Source of the DNA: Clostridium thermobutyricum
GTDB lineage: Bacteria; Bacillota; Clostridia; Ch29
Reading direction: 5' to 3'
NCBI GenBank assembly: GCA_016842005.1
Contig: JAENYD010000009.1
Span: 20,315-84,314 of the forward strand
DNA: 64,000 bases
Shown: positions 62,884-64,000 of the stretch, piece after piece
How positions within the stretch are numbered: the first letter of the stretch is position 1
Layout: each line of letters begins with the position of its first letter
Program-made: the position numbers and the translations under genes
Notes under the pieces: generated by a model
What the model was told of the DNA's origin: nothing
Seen by the model: only the letters and a program-made list of their open reading frames with translations
Database searches by the model: none

Positions 62884-64000
62884 TTATATATTCGCCGTTT
62901 TGCCTCTGAAAACCTTCCTGCTCACCTTCCTGCCGAAATCGTCCATGATGGTGTACATGACAGGGATAACCACCAGGGTCAGGACGGTGGAAAACGCAAG
63001 GCCCCCTATTACCGCCGTCGCCAGCGGAGCCTGCGTCTCGGAACCTTCGCCCAGCCCCAAAGCCATGGGCATAAGGCCCAGCATGGTGGTCAGGGCTGTC
63101 ATGAGTATGGGGCGCAACCTGGTGGGCCCTGCCTTCAGGATGGCCGCATTCCTCTCTTCCCCCCTGGACCTCAGGGTGTTGATGTAATCCACCAGCACTA
63201 TGGCATTGTTCACAACAATACCCGAGAGCATGATTATCCCTATGAAGGCCGGCACACTCAACGGCCGGCCGGTTATAACCAGTCCTCCCATGGCCCCTGT
63301 CAGCGCAAAGGGAATGGAAAACATTATTATGAAGGGATATACCAGGGACTCGAACTGGGACGCCATTATCATGTATACCAGTATAACCGCCAGCGCCAGG
63401 GCCTGGCCAAGGCTCCTGAAGGAATCCACCATTTCTTCGTTTTCACCGCCGTACTCTATCGTATAGCCGGCAGGCAGGGGATATCTGGCCACCCCCGCCT
63501 GAATGTCCTTCATGACGCTCCGGAGGTCCCTGCCGAAAATCCCGGACGTTACCGTAACCACCCTGACCTGGTCGGTCCTGCTTATACTGCTGGGTCCCTC
63601 TTCGATTACGGTATCGGCAACCTCACTCAGGGGAACCTGGTACCCTGCAGGGGATGAAATTATCAGGTTCTGCAGGCTCCGGATATCTTTTCCGTACTCT
63701 TCCCGGAGGGCCACCGTTATGTCTATCTCGTCTCCCCCCACCCGGTACCGTGTCGCCACCTGGCCTCCTATGGCCGTCTGCAGGGTTGAGGCTATGGTGG
63801 TTACATTTAACCCGTAAAGGGAAGCCCGGTTCCGGTCCACCTTTATGCGGGCCTCCGGTTTGCCTTCATCTATGGAAGACTTTGTCTCCCTGGTACCCTC
63901 CACATTCTGTACAATGCCTTTTATGTCCTCTGCAATGCCGGACAGCACTTCCAGGTCGTCACCCTTTATCTCTATATTTACCGGGCTCCCGCCGCTGTGA
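62884..64000 (-). CDS. RND (AcrB/HAE1-family) efflux permease, 5' part outside the window
   Basis: MASQFESL..PFIIM.SIP, GIVVNNAIVLVD, RLRPILMT, APLATAVIGGL. Confidence 0.93.
   Translation of the reverse strand, partial: HSGGSPVNIEIKGDDLEVLSGIAEDIKGIVQNVEGTRETKSSIDEGKPEARIKVDRNRASLYGLNVTTIASTLQTAIGGQVATRYRVGGDEIDITVALREEYGKDIRSLQNLIISSPAGYQVPLSEVADTVIEEGPSSISRTDQVRVVTVTSGIFGRDLRSVMKDIQAGVARYPLPAGYTIEYGGENEEMVDSFRSLGQALALAVILVYMIMASQFESLVYPFIIMFSIPFALTGAMGGLVITGRPLSVPAFIGIIMLSGIVVNNAIVLVDYINTLRSRGEERNAAILKAGPTRLRPILMTALTTMLGLMPMALGLGEGSETQAPLATAVIGGLAFSTVLTLVVIPVMYTIMDDFGRKVSRKVFRGKTANI

Overview
Chromosomal window from an anaerobic, Clostridia-like Firmicute, covering the conserved fsa-glpX-rho-rpmE-prmC-prfA-sua5-ywlE-rpiB-upp-wecB-atp-murA backbone (almost all on the - strand) with several accessory blocks inserted. 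The main finding is a Na+-type F1Fo ATP synthase operon with two kinds of rotor subunit: a normal 89-aa c subunit and a 266-aa TRIPLICATED c subunit (three hairpins; ion-binding Glu in hairpins 1 and 2, Gln in hairpin 3), which looks like an extended version of the Acetobacterium woodii c1 hybrid-rotor subunit. A complete Na+-type V/A-ATPase operon lies just upstream, separated only by an AT-rich two-gene cassette (Clp-fold serine protease plus a small acidic protein). Other content: asnB and glnA with a candidate ANTAR attenuator; an acetoacetate/short-chain fatty acid cluster with three sigma54 promoters and a shared palindromic enhancer candidate; a CPA2 antiporter paired with a PII-like protein; a citrate lyase island lacking citG; a vapBC toxin-antitoxin pair; two SLH proteins with acidic repeats; a heptad-repeat VNTR protein; and an RND/TolC-like/TetR efflux locus. 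Two families of dispersed structured repeats are present (a ~135-nt element in 3 copies; a REP-like palindrome in 2 full copies plus a fragment). No rRNA, tRNA, CRISPR array, transposase or integrase was seen. Gene calls rest on motif recognition in the translated ORFs and on synteny; no database search was run.
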